Origin: Nanobdellota archaeon
GTDB taxonomy: Archaea; Nanobdellota; Nanobdellia; Woesearchaeales; GW2011-AR9
Reading direction: 5' to 3'
NCBI GenBank assembly: GCA_018812355.1
Contig: JAHJDQ010000150.1
Span: 1-38,076, forward strand
Length of the DNA: 38,076 nucleotides
The translations under genes were made by a program, and so were the position numbers. Under the pieces are notes generated by a model. That model saw nothing but the letters and a program-made list of their open reading frames with translations, made no database searches and had not been told where the DNA came from. Below are positions 8,353 through 18,031 of the stretch, piece by piece. Each line of letters opens with the position of its first letter. The first letter of the stretch is position 1.

Positions 8353-9609
8353 GTGATTTTAAATAAAACAATTATTCATTTCAGAAAAAAAATTGCTGGA
8401 CTGGCTGGCTTAAATGAAACAGAAATACAACTCTTGCTGACACCAAACCACATTCATAAAGCAGAACTAGAAGTTAATGGTAAAACTTATCCTGCTTTTA
8501 GGGTTCAACATAATAATGCCAGAGGACCGTATAAAGGCGGGATTAGATTTCATCCCCAAGTTAATGAAGATGAAGTTAAAGCCTTAGCCTTCTGGATGTC
8601 TTTAAAGACGGCCGTTGCTGATCTTCCTTTAGGTGGAAGTAAAGGTGGCGTTACTGTAAATCCTAAAGAATTACCTATTGAAGAATTAGAAGAGTTAAGT
8701 CGATCTTATATCCGCGCTTTTTATCAACATTTAGGTTCAGCTCAAGATATTCCTGCTCCTGACGTTTATACTACTCCTCAGATAATGAGCTGGATGCTTG
8801 ATGAGTACGAAAAGTTAACTGGTAAAAAAGATCCGGGAATGATTACTGGTAAACCATTAGAAAACGGTGGTTCTTTAGTTAGAGATATTGCTACTGCTCT
8901 TGGTGGAGTTTATGTTTTAGAAGAAGCAATCCAAAAATTATCTTTATCAGGAAAAAGAGTTGCCATTCAGGGTTTTGGCAATGCCGGAATGAATATAGCT
9001 AAACTACTTTTTGACCAAGGCTACAAAATTTTAGCCGTTTCTGATTCAAAAGGTGGCGTTTATAATGAAAAAGGCTTAGATCCTTATCAAGCGGAAAACA
9101 TTAAGAAAGCAGGAGGTCTATTAGGTTGTTATTGTTTAGGTAGTGTTTGTTCAATTAAAGATGTTCCTTCTGAGGGTTTCTGTCGTGGAATTACTAATGA
9201 AGAATTATTGGAATTACCGGTAGACATTTTAATTCCTTCTGCTTTAAGTAATCAAATTACTGTTGAAAATGCTGCTAACATCAAAGCAAAAATCATTTTA
9301 GAATTAGCTAACGGTCCGACCACTCCTGAAGCTGATCAAATTTTGCACACAAATAATATTTTAGTACTGCCCGATATCCTCGCCAATGCTGGCGGAGTTA
9401 CCGTTTCTTGTTTTGAATGGCAGCAGAATCTTGCCAACGAAAAATGGGATGAACAAACAATTAAACAAAAGTTAAAAGATAAATTAGTGACAGCTTTTAA
9501 TCAAATCTGGACTGAGTATGATCAGAACGAACACGATTTCCGAACCAATACTTACATCTTAGCGATAAAAAAGATTCTCGCTGCAGAGAAGTTAAAAGGC
9601 AGATTATAG
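8353..9609 (+). CDS. gdhA: glutamate dehydrogenase
   Basis: GDH signature KGGIRFHPQVNEDEVKALAFWMSLKTAVADLPLGGSKGG and Rossmann GFGNAG. GTG start 6 nt after GGAGGT. Confidence 0.9.
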   Translation: MILNKTIIHFRKKIAGLAGLNETEIQLLLTPNHIHKAELEVNGKTYPAFRVQHNNARGPYKGGIRFHPQVNEDEVKALAFWMSLKTAVADLPLGGSKGGVTVNPKELPIEELEELSRSYIRAFYQHLGSAQDIPAPDVYTTPQIMSWMLDEYEKLTGKKDPGMITGKPLENGGSLVRDIATALGGVYVLEEAIQKLSLSGKRVAIQGFGNAGMNIAKLLFDQGYKILAVSDSKGGVYNEKGLDPYQAENIKKAGGLLGCYCLGSVCSIKDVPSEGFCRGITNEELLELPVDILIPSALSNQITVENAANIKAKIILELANGPTTPEADQILHTNNILVLPDILANAGGVTVSCFEWQQNLANEKWDEQTIKQKLKDKLVTAFNQIWTEYDQNEHDFRTNTYILAIKKILAAEKLKGRL

Positions 9610-9618
9610 AATGTATTA

Positions 9619-9735
9619 AGTTAGTGGGTGCCCTTTTGTGAGTAGCTTTTTCTAATTGAGCGAAATGTAAGCCGAGGATCGTGAAACGATAATAACCGAG
9701 GCGCAGAAGAAATTTCACTCTGGCCCCCACTAACT
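9619..9735 (+). ncRNA. unclassified structured RNA, copy B (core 9621-9733, 113 nt)
   Basis: Same blocks as copy A: TTAGTGGG, GTGAGTAGC, TGTAAGCCGAGGAT, ACCGAGGCGCAG, CTGGCCCCCACTAA. Its hairpin ATCGT-GAA-ACGAT replaces ATGGCG-AATAA-CGCCAT. Confidence 0.6.
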
Positions 9736-9807
9736 AAGAAATTTAATCACAAATTTAAGGAAAAGTTTATTTACTTTTTCTTTTTTTATTTACTTTGGTG
9801 GTTTAAA

Positions 9808-10260
9808 ATGAAAAAAATGTTATTACTATTTGTTTTAGTTCTAGCTGTTTTTTTAGTTGGTTGTAAAACTATAGTTGAAGAAGCGATGGAACAACAAATT
9901 GAAGCAGAATCAGGTGGCAATGCCGATGTTGATTTTGATGATGGTTCGATGCACATTGAAACTGATGAGGGTGAAGTAGATATAGAATATTCTGGAACTA
10001 ATAATGGTGAGTGGTGTCAAGAGGGAGCAGAATGGAAAATGACTGCTAATACTGATGAAGGTGCTACTAATGCCCAATGGATGATTGAAGGATTAATCAA
10101 TTCAGGTGAATACTTCGGACTATGTCATGTTGTTTATACTGCTGAAGGACCTGAAGGAGAAGAAGCCAGAATGGACTACTATTTCAGTGAAGACGGAGAA
10201 ACGGGCTACTTTGAAATGAACATTGATGGTCAAGTGTTTAAGCAGGAATGGAATAGATAA
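9808..10260 (+). CDS. hypothetical acidic lipoprotein
   Basis: Signal peptide with lipobox LVGC, then a strongly acidic mature part. RBS GGTGGT 5 nt upstream. Confidence 0.55.
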   Translation: MKKMLLLFVLVLAVFLVGCKTIVEEAMEQQIEAESGGNADVDFDDGSMHIETDEGEVDIEYSGTNNGEWCQEGAEWKMTANTDEGATNAQWMIEGLINSGEYFGLCHVVYTAEGPEGEEARMDYYFSEDGETGYFEMNIDGQVFKQEWNR

Positions 10261-10280
10261 TTTTTTTTCTTTTTCTTTTT
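10261..10280 (+). terminator. oligo-T terminator-like tract
   Basis: ttttttttctttttcttttt immediately follows the stop codon. Archaeal termination typically uses T-runs. Confidence 0.45.
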
Positions 10281-10321
10281 ACCGTAAAGCATAAAAACCC
10301 CTCCTAATTATAACTTAAAAT

Positions 10322-11683
10322 ATGCTACGAACACACACTTGTGGAGAATTATCGAAGAACGATGCTGGTAAGAAGATTACTTTAGCCGGCTGGGTTGATT
10401 CAGCCAGAATTTCTGGAAAAATTGGTTTTTTAGATTTAAGAGATCGTTATGGTAAGACGCAAGTTTTTCTCAACAAAGATCTTGCCAATGAATTTAGAAA
10501 CTTAAACAAAGAAGATATCTTGCAAGTTGAGGGAGAAGTTAAAACCCGTCCACCACAACAAGTGAAAGAACTAGGAACTGGAGAGATTGAAGTTTCTGCT
10601 ACTAAAATTATCCTACTTAAAAAAATACCACCATTACCTTTAGATTTAGGTGATGAAATCACTTCTTCAGAAGAAACGAGGATGAAGTTTCGTTATCTTG
10701 ATTTAAGACGACCAGAAGTGAAAGACGCTTTAATCATTCGTCACAAATTAACGATGGCGATTAGAAAGTTTATGGACCAAGAGAATTTTTTAGAAATTGA
10801 AACACCTTTTATGGCTAAATCTACTCCAGAAGGTTCACGAGATTATATTGTTCCCTCACGAAACTTCCCTGGACAGTTTTACGCTCTCCCCCAATCCCCG
10901 CAAATTTATAAACAATTGTTAATGGTCGGTGGGATGGACAAATATTTTCAAATTGTCCGTTGTTTCAGAGATGAAGACTTAAGAGCAGACCGTCAACCAG
11001 AATTTACGCAGTTAGATATTGAAATGTCCTTTGTTGAAGAAGAAGACGTTTATACTACGATGGAAAAATTAATGCAGTATATCTTTAAAGAAGTTTTAAA
11101 TCAAGATATTGCTATTCCTTTTCCACGTCTGACTTATGATCAAGTGATGGAAAAATATAAATCTGATCAGCCGGATACTAGAGAAGAAACGGGATTAAAA
11201 TATTCTTTTTTATGGGTTACTGAATTTCCTATGTTTGAGTTTAGTAATGAAGCTAACCGTTACATTGCCATGCATCATCCTTTCACTTCTCCTAAGATGG
11301 AAGACATGAAATATATTCATAATGATAAAGATAAAGTTCGCTCCAGAGCTTACGATTTAGTATTAAATGGAAGTGAAATTGGCGGAGGTTCAATTAGGAT
11401 TTCTGATGAAGCTGTCCAGAAAGAAGTCTTCACTGCAATTGGCTTGTCAGAGAAAGAAGCTGAGAAGAAATTCGGTTGTTTACTTAATGCTTTAAAGTAT
11501 GCTCCTCCGCATGGTGGATTAGCTTTCGGCTTAGACAGATGGGCGATGATTATGGCTGGTAAAAATTCCATTCGAGATGTAATTGCTTTCCCTAAGAATA
11601 AGGATGCTCGTTGTTTAATGATGGACGCTCCTTCTGAAGTTTCTGGCGAACAACTTGATGAAGTTGGCTTGAAGTTGAAGTAA
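10322..11683 (+). CDS. aspS: aspartate--tRNA ligase
   Basis: Class II motifs: FRYLDLRR, QSPQIYKQ, CFRDEDLRADRQPEFTQLDIEMSF, GGGSIRI, GLAFGLDR. 453 aa with no GAD insertion. Confidence 0.9.
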   Translation: MLRTHTCGELSKNDAGKKITLAGWVDSARISGKIGFLDLRDRYGKTQVFLNKDLANEFRNLNKEDILQVEGEVKTRPPQQVKELGTGEIEVSATKIILLKKIPPLPLDLGDEITSSEETRMKFRYLDLRRPEVKDALIIRHKLTMAIRKFMDQENFLEIETPFMAKSTPEGSRDYIVPSRNFPGQFYALPQSPQIYKQLLMVGGMDKYFQIVRCFRDEDLRADRQPEFTQLDIEMSFVEEEDVYTTMEKLMQYIFKEVLNQDIAIPFPRLTYDQVMEKYKSDQPDTREETGLKYSFLWVTEFPMFEFSNEANRYIAMHHPFTSPKMEDMKYIHNDKDKVRSRAYDLVLNGSEIGGGSIRISDEAVQKEVFTAIGLSEKEAEKKFGCLLNALKYAPPHGGLAFGLDRWAMIMAGKNSIRDVIAFPKNKDARCLMMDAPSEVSGEQLDEVGLKLK

Positions 11684-11831
11684 TGTTTCTTTTATTGAAA
11701 ATTATCTAAGGCGATAATTTTTAATCCCAAAAAAGTGTGATAAAATCACTCTATATTTTTGATTAACGCTTTTTTGTTAGTTATTTTGTAGTTTGTATAT
11801 TGATATAAATGATTGTTTGTTAGTGATTAAG

Positions 11832-12635
11832 ATGAACCAATTACAAGAAAGATTTGTCGAAGCCCTCGCTAGTGGACCATTATTTTTTCAAGACGGTCTT
11901 TATTTGAAAGATGGCCGACCCGTACCCTGTTTTAATAATTTTGGCAAGTTTGGTACGGGCAGAAAAGCTCGTTTGCTAGGGCAGATTTTTGCTGATATCT
12001 TAGTTAATCATTCTCCAATCCCAATTAGTAATGTTGACGCTCTTTTTGGCCCTTCCTACAAAGGTAGCTTAGTTGTTGGAGCAACCGCCTACACTTTAGA
12101 TGAAAGATATGGGATGGAGATACCTTTTGATTATGATCGTAAAGAAGTCAAAGTGCACGGCGACGCTTCTGGGCAGGAAGCAAGATTAGTAACTAATAGC
12201 TTTCCCAATCCCGCAAGAATTACTTTTATTGATGATGTCATGGTTTCTGGAGGAACTAAGTATGATGGTTTAGATAAGATCAATGCTGAAGCAGAAAGAA
12301 TAGATGCTCAGTGGTCTGTGAAAAGCTTGTTAGTTGGAGTTGATTGGCAATTTACTACACCTGTTTATGATCACGATGTTCCATCAGGATTATCAGATCA
12401 AGAATTAACCCTCTGGAAACGAAAACATGTCTTAGAAGAAAAGGGAGAACCAGCAACAACTTCTTTTTCCGAAAGAACAGGAATTCCTGTTAATTCTATC
12501 GTCACTTTAAGAGAAGCTGTTGATTATCTTCATCAGAAAAGAATCTCTGTCTTAATTAATGGAGAAAGAAAACTTATTGACACTCAAGTTAAAGATAACT
12601 TTGATCAATGTATGGAAATGTATGGGATAAATTAA
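11832..12635 (+). CDS. pyrE: orotate phosphoribosyltransferase with an internal insertion
   Basis: Aligns by eye to PyrE (LKDGRPVPCFNNFGKFGTGRKARLLGQIF, LFGPSYKG, PRPP loop ITFIDDVMVSGGT) and sits next to pyrF. The track start at 11793 is a TTG in the promoter region, so the ATG at 11832 is preferred. Confidence 0.8.
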   Translation: MNQLQERFVEALASGPLFFQDGLYLKDGRPVPCFNNFGKFGTGRKARLLGQIFADILVNHSPIPISNVDALFGPSYKGSLVVGATAYTLDERYGMEIPFDYDRKEVKVHGDASGQEARLVTNSFPNPARITFIDDVMVSGGTKYDGLDKINAEAERIDAQWSVKSLLVGVDWQFTTPVYDHDVPSGLSDQELTLWKRKHVLEEKGEPATTSFSERTGIPVNSIVTLREAVDYLHQKRISVLINGERKLIDTQVKDNFDQCMEMYGIN

Positions 12636-12656
12636 AAAAATTGAGGTAAAAAAAAT

Positions 12657-13460
12657 ATGGTACAATTAACAGATAAAGAACAAGAAGCAAGAAGTAGAAT
12701 TTGTTTAGCATTAGATGTACCTACTGTAGAAGAAGGTTTAGAAATGGCCAGAGAGTTAACAGATTTTGTTGGCACTGTTAAAGTAAATAGTTTATTTACA
12801 GTAGCTGCTTTTGAAGGTGTTGATATTGTTAGAGCAATTTATGACAGTGGAGGGAATGCTTTCTTAGATCTTAAATTCCACGATACACCAAATACAGTCC
12901 TTAATTATGCCAGAGCAGCAGCCGTTCCCGGTGTCTACTTATTTAATGTTCATATTGCTGGTGGGGAAAAAATGTGTAAAAAAGCAGTTGAAGGTGCTTA
13001 TGAAGGTGCTCAGGCAAAGAGAATAGAAAGACCATCAGTAATTGGGGTAACTGTTTTAACCAGTTTAAATGATGATTTAAAAGAGCAAAGTCTTGGAATA
13101 GCCTATGATGATTTAGTCAGAAGAAGAACAGAACTAGCTCGGTCTTGGGGATTAGATGGAGTAGTCTGCGCAGCCAGTAAAGCAGGAGCTTTAGAAGAAG
13201 AATTTGGAAGTGACTTTACTTATGTCACGCCCGGAATTAAGTGGGCCGGAGTACAAAGAGAAGGGCAGAAGCAATTGTATACTCCTGATCGGGCAGTGCA
13301 AGATTGTAGCAGTTCAATACTAGTGATTGGAGGAGCAATAGCTAAAGCAGGAAATGTTTATGATAAGAATGATCCTAAAAAATTACTACAAAGAGGAACT
13401 GCTGATGATAGAAGAAACACGGCTTACGCAATAGTACAAGCGATGGCTCAACATCTTTAA
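12657..13460 (+). CDS. pyrF: orotidine 5'-phosphate decarboxylase
   Basis: ICLALDV ... LDLKFHDTPNT ... VIGGAI motifs typical of OMP decarboxylase. Confidence 0.85.
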   Translation: MVQLTDKEQEARSRICLALDVPTVEEGLEMARELTDFVGTVKVNSLFTVAAFEGVDIVRAIYDSGGNAFLDLKFHDTPNTVLNYARAAAVPGVYLFNVHIAGGEKMCKKAVEGAYEGAQAKRIERPSVIGVTVLTSLNDDLKEQSLGIAYDDLVRRRTELARSWGLDGVVCAASKAGALEEEFGSDFTYVTPGIKWAGVQREGQKQLYTPDRAVQDCSSSILVIGGAIAKAGNVYDKNDPKKLLQRGTADDRRNTAYAIVQAMAQHL

Positions 13461-13546
13461 TTTTTATGATTTTAACTTCAACTCAACCTGAACTCTTCTT
13501 AACGTTTATATATTACTAGACTATTCTTAGTAACGGTGATGTCAAA

Positions 13547-14431
13547 ATGGCTTTAAAAAATCAATGGAAAACAATCAAAGAGAACTGGGTTATTGCTGTA
13601 ATCCTCTTGTTAGTAGTTATGGTACCTTTATTCTCTGGTAGTGGAGTTAGTTCCTTTTCCAAGAGTGTTGGTTATGGAATCCCCATGATGGAAACATCTG
13701 AAATGGCCATGGCTAGTGATAGTTTTAGAGGAGGCGGAGTTTACTATGGTAATAATGATTTCGCTCCAGAAATAGAAGATCGAAAAATAACTAAAACTTC
13801 CTCAATTTCCACAGAAGTTGAACGCGGCGAATTCCATAACACAGAATTAAAAATAAGAGCAATTGTGGAAGGAACAAATTCTTACTTGCTTAACGAAAAT
13901 TCTTACAAAAACGGAAGAAACAAGAATTCTTATTACTCTGGAAACTATCAAATTAAAGTACCCACAAAAAAATACAGTCTAGCAATCGACCAACTGAAAG
14001 CTCTGGGAGAAGTGCAGTCATTCAACGAAAATGCAAGAGATATTACTGGTTCTTATACCAATACGCAAACAGAATTAGAAGTTGAAAAAGCACGCTTAGA
14101 ACGTTATGAAGAAATGTACCGTAAAGCAACTGAAATTAGTGACCAAATTGAACTTAACGACAGAATCTTTAATCAAGAACGAACGATTAAGTATTTAGAA
14201 CAATCTTTAGAAAACAAAGACTTACAGGTTGAATATACCACAATTAGTTTAAACGTGCAAGAAGAACAATCTGGCTACATTAACGTTGCTTTAGTCAAGT
14301 TCTCAGAATTGATTGAAAAGTTAGTCGACAGCTTCAACAGTTTGTTAGCATTAATCTTCTGGATCTTACCTTGGGCCATTATAGCCATTATCGTTTGGTT
14401 CGGCGTAAGATTTGTTAGAAAAAGATATTAA
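13547..14431 (+). CDS. membrane protein, DUF4349-like
   Basis: N-terminal TM, central coiled-coil-like region (TQTELEVEKARLERYEEMY), C-terminal TM. The family assignment is from memory only. TATA tttatata at 13505-13512. Confidence 0.45.
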   Translation: MALKNQWKTIKENWVIAVILLLVVMVPLFSGSGVSSFSKSVGYGIPMMETSEMAMASDSFRGGGVYYGNNDFAPEIEDRKITKTSSISTEVERGEFHNTELKIRAIVEGTNSYLLNENSYKNGRNKNSYYSGNYQIKVPTKKYSLAIDQLKALGEVQSFNENARDITGSYTNTQTELEVEKARLERYEEMYRKATEISDQIELNDRIFNQERTIKYLEQSLENKDLQVEYTTISLNVQEEQSGYINVALVKFSELIEKLVDSFNSLLALIFWILPWAIIAIIVWFGVRFVRKRY

Positions 14432-14446
14432 TTTTTTCTTTTTTCT

Positions 14447-14899
14447 TTATTCAATTTTTATCCTTACATTCTTATAAGTATAAACAGTTATTAAACTAAT
14501 TATCAGCAGAGAAATAATACAAAAGATACAAATTGCTTTAATAATAAATAATTCTGTATAAGTTAAGTATAAAGAAAAGATTAAAGCAACAAAAGTAACA
14601 TAAAATAAATTCTTTTGAGAAAATATTTTCTTCATCCATTTATTTTTTAACCATTTCTCTTTCTGTAATCGGACCAGCGCAATCAAACCAATCAGAACAT
14701 AACCAATAATCCCCATTAAAGCAGTCGGCACGCCCACAAATCTTGAATAACTGCTATTCTTTACTGCTGAACATGATAGTGTTTCACTGATATCACAACC
14801 TTGTTCTCCTTCCGCATAGAAAATGTTCAGTAAATAAATAGAAACCAAAATACCTAAAAAGGCTAAAAAAATAATTTTCTTAAGTATTTTCTTCTTCAT
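14447..14899 (-). CDS. vitamin K epoxide reductase (VKOR) family protein
   Basis: Four TM helices, a loop cysteine pair (GCDISETLSC), the SRFVGVP motif and a CxxC in the last helix (CIFC). Confidence 0.8.
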   Translation of the reverse strand: MKKKILKKIIFLAFLGILVSIYLLNIFYAEGEQGCDISETLSCSAVKNSSYSRFVGVPTALMGIIGYVLIGLIALVRLQKEKWLKNKWMKKIFSQKNLFYVTFVALIFSLYLTYTELFIIKAICIFCIISLLIISLITVYTYKNVRIKIE

Positions 14900-14922
14900 T
14901 TAGTCATCTTTTCCCCTATTCC

Positions 14923-17124
14923 TTATAACTTTTTCCTTTTTAACAACAACGAATTAGTAATCACTGATACCGAACTTAAAGCCATCGCCCCGCCAGCGAT
15001 TACTGGATTAAGTAACCAACCTGTCCAGGGATATAAAACACCAGCGGCAATTGGTATTCCCAGTGAATTATAAAACAAGGCCCAGAACATATTCTGGCGA
15101 ATTTTACTCATCGTCATCTTACTTAACTTAATTGCTTTCGGAACATCTAAAAGATTATTCCGCATTAAAACCACATTACCTGTTTCCATTGCTACGTCCG
15201 TACCAGAACCCATGGCAATCCCAATATCAGCCTGTGCTAAAGCAGGAGCATCATTAATTCCATCTCCGACCATCGCTACTTTACCATCTTTCTGTAATCT
15301 TTTAACATACTTTACTTTATCTTCCGGAAGAACTTCCGCAAAATAATTCTTTATTCCTGCTTTTTTGGCAATCGCGGCAGCAGTTCTTTTATTATCTCCT
15401 GTAATCATGTAAACTTTAACACCTAACTCCTGCAATTTCTTAATGGCAAGAGGGGAGTCCGATTTAATTTCATCAGCTACAGCAATCACACCTAACACTT
15501 TCTTGCCTTCTGCCAGAATCATTGTTGTCTTTCCTTCACTTTCTAACTTAGAGATCTTTCCAGAGAAAGCAGCTAAACTCACTTTCTGTTCTTCCATTAA
15601 TCTTAAGTTTCCTAAATAATATTCTTTCTTTCCTAATTTTGCTTTTACTCCTCTTCCTGTTAAAGCTTTAAATCCATTAACTTTCTTCCAACTAACTTTC
15701 TTAGCTTGTGCTTTCTTAACAATCGCTTCCGCTTAAGGATGTTCAGAACTTTTTTCCATACTTCCAGCAATCTCTAACAACTTCTTCTCCGTAATTCCTT
15801 TTCCAACAACTAAATCGGTCACTTCCGGCTCGCCTTTAGTGATTGTTCCTGTTTTATCAAAGACCACATACTTCAATTTATGCGCAGTTTCTAACGCTTC
15901 TCCACCTTTAATTAAAATACCGTGCTTAGCTCCCTTACCCGTACCTACCATAATTGCTGTTGGCGTAGCAAGACCTAAAGCACAAGGACAAGCAATCACT
16001 AACACAGCAACAGCAGCAATAATTGCAAAGCCTACTTCTGCATGGAATAAAGAGAACCACACTGTAAATGTAATTAAAGCAATAAAAATTACGATGGGAA
16101 CGAAGTAAGCAGAAACATTATCTGCAAACCTTTGGATTGGCGCTTTTTTTGTCTGCGCATCTTCAATTAATTTAATGATTCTAGAAAGTGTCGTCTCACT
16201 ACCAACTTTTGTTGCTTTAAATTTAAAACTGCCTTGTTTGTTAATCGTCGAACCAATAACTAAATCCTTCTTGCCCTTCTCGACCGGAATACTCTCACCA
16301 GTAACAAGAGATTCATCTATCGTTGAATGACCTTCTGTAATCACACCATCAACAGGAATTTTCTCTCCGGGCTTAACAATAACAATATCATCTTTTTTAA
16401 CATCGTCAATGGGAATTTTAATTTCTTTACCGTTTCTAACTACAAGAGCAGTTTTTGCACCCATCTTCATTAACTTAGAGATTGCTTCTGAGGTTTTTCC
16501 TTTCGCCACCGCTTCCAAATACTTACCAAAAATAACTAAAGTAATCAAAACAGCAGAAGCTTCAAAATACTGATGTCCTTTAGCCGCAAATAAAACAACA
16601 TAAACAGAATAGAAATACGCTGCACTAGTACCCATGGCAATTAACGTATCCATATTAGAAGTTTTATTCTTTAAAGCAGCCCATGCCCCCTGATAAAATT
16701 GTCTTCCTACATAAAATTGGACTGGTGTTGCTAATGCCCACATAATATACTCTTGAAAAGGGATTGGATTCTTCATAAAAAACATTCCCAAAATAAAAGC
16801 AGGCACTCCAAAAATAGCACTCAGAATAACTTTAAATCTTAATCTTTTCAACTCTACTTTCTTTTTCTTCTCTTCTAGTGTAATCCCATGTCCCGCATGA
16901 TGTCCATGCTCTTTAATAATATGACCACCATAACCTTTTTTCTTAATCAACTCTAACAATTGATTTTCATTAGTTTGTTTTTCATCAAACTCAATCGCTG
17001 CTTTTTCTGTCGAGAAATTAACATTAGCAGTCTTGACTCCGACTTGTTTTTTCAAAGCTCGATCAATGATCGTTACGCAACTCTGGCAGTGCATTCCCGT
17101 AATATTAATCGTTGTTTTTTTCAT
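14923..17124 (-). pseudogene. copA: copper-translocating P1B-type ATPase interrupted by one in-frame TAA
   Basis: ORFs 15733-17124 and 14923-15597 are in the same frame. HMA domain GMHCQSC, CPC, DKTGT, then SEHP-TAA-AEAIV where SEHPL is expected. GDGINDAP lies in the downstream part, and the 135 nt between the two track ORFs also translate in frame as ATPase-like sequence. Confidence 0.85.
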
Positions 17125-17348
17125 TTTTTAATCTTACACTCTTTACATCCCCAAATTTTTTCATAAATCTGGCAAGTAATACAATATCCAAATGTTGCTG
17201 AAATTAAAAACAAAATTCCCAAAACAGCAACAACATATTTTCCCCAGGAAAAGAACAATGCTGCAATCATAATCACACCAAAAACAACTCTAGTAAATCT
17301 AAATTTAGGTGGCAAGTTTGATTTAAAAATTTTATATTGTTTTTTCAT
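17121..17348 (-). CDS. DUF2892 (YgaP-like) small membrane protein
   Basis: 75 aa, two TM helices, ATFGYCITCQIY resembles the DUF2892 C-terminal motif. Overlaps the copA start by 4 nt. Confidence 0.55.
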   Translation of the reverse strand: MKKQYKIFKSNLPPKFRFTRVVFGVIMIAALFFSWGKYVVAVLGILFLISATFGYCITCQIYEKIWGCKECKIKK

Positions 17349-17656
17349 TTCAATCCCTTCCTCATTTCCTCAAACTTTTTTTTATTGATCTCTCCAGAAG
17401 CATACCTTTTTTTGAGGATTTCTAAAGAAGTTGATTTGTTTTCAGATAATTTTCTGTAGAGCCAGATAATTAAAAGAATGATTCCAATAATAACACTTAA
17501 CCAAAAGATCAAAGCAATAATCCAGAAAATCCACCAATAACCCCCACCATAATTAAACATCATTCCCGGACCCATATATTGTCCAGTATCAGCAAAAACT
17601 ATTTGGGCTGAGACAACAGTTACAATTAACAACAACATTTTTTTCATCATTGACAT
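17345..17656 (-). CDS. SHOCT-domain membrane protein
   Basis: Signal/TM region plus a C-terminal ILKKRYASGEINKKKFEEMRKGL (SHOCT-like). Confidence 0.65.
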   Translation of the reverse strand: MSMMKKMLLLIVTVVSAQIVFADTGQYMGPGMMFNYGGGYWWIFWIIALIFWLSVIIGIILLIIWLYRKLSENKSTSLEILKKRYASGEINKKKFEEMRKGLK

Positions 17657-17690
17657 TTTAATAACCCCCCAATTTTTAACTAGTCCAAAT

Positions 17691-18011
17691 CTAACGTTTT
17701 CCTTTCAGGATTTTACAACAATATTTTTTCATATGTTTGTCAATCATCTCTAATAAAGGTTTAATTGTTTGCCGATTAACGGAATAATAACGAAACTTAC
17801 CATTTTGTTCTGAAAAGACCATCCCGCAACGTTCTAAGCGCTTAAGATTATGACTGACCATGGTCTGTTCAAATCCTGTCGTTTGACAGATTTCACTAAC
17901 ACTTTTATTTCCATGGCGTAAAGTATTGATAATTTTTAATCTATTCTCATTTGCTAGAGAACTGAAAAATATTTTATACGCTCCGTCTTTCTTACATGAT
18001 TGTTTTGACAT
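17691..18011 (-). CDS. ArsR/SmtB family metal-responsive transcriptional regulator
   Basis: LANENRLKIINTLRHGNKSVSEICQTTGFEQTMVSHNLKRLERCGMV is a winged HTH. TATA tttatata lies about 25 nt upstream of the ATG, so the mRNA may be leaderless. Confidence 0.85.
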   Translation of the reverse strand: MSKQSCKKDGAYKIFFSSLANENRLKIINTLRHGNKSVSEICQTTGFEQTMVSHNLKRLERCGMVFSEQNGKFRYYSVNRQTIKPLLEMIDKHMKKYCCKILKGKR

Positions 18012-18031
18012 ATGATAAATAAGTCATACTA

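Noticed and set aside
15733-15735. Genome-wide reassignment of TAA as a sense codon to explain the copA stop
   Set aside because: Many well-supported genes in the window end at TAA exactly where homologues end (for example 1308-1310 and 1947-1949). TAA therefore functions as a stop here.
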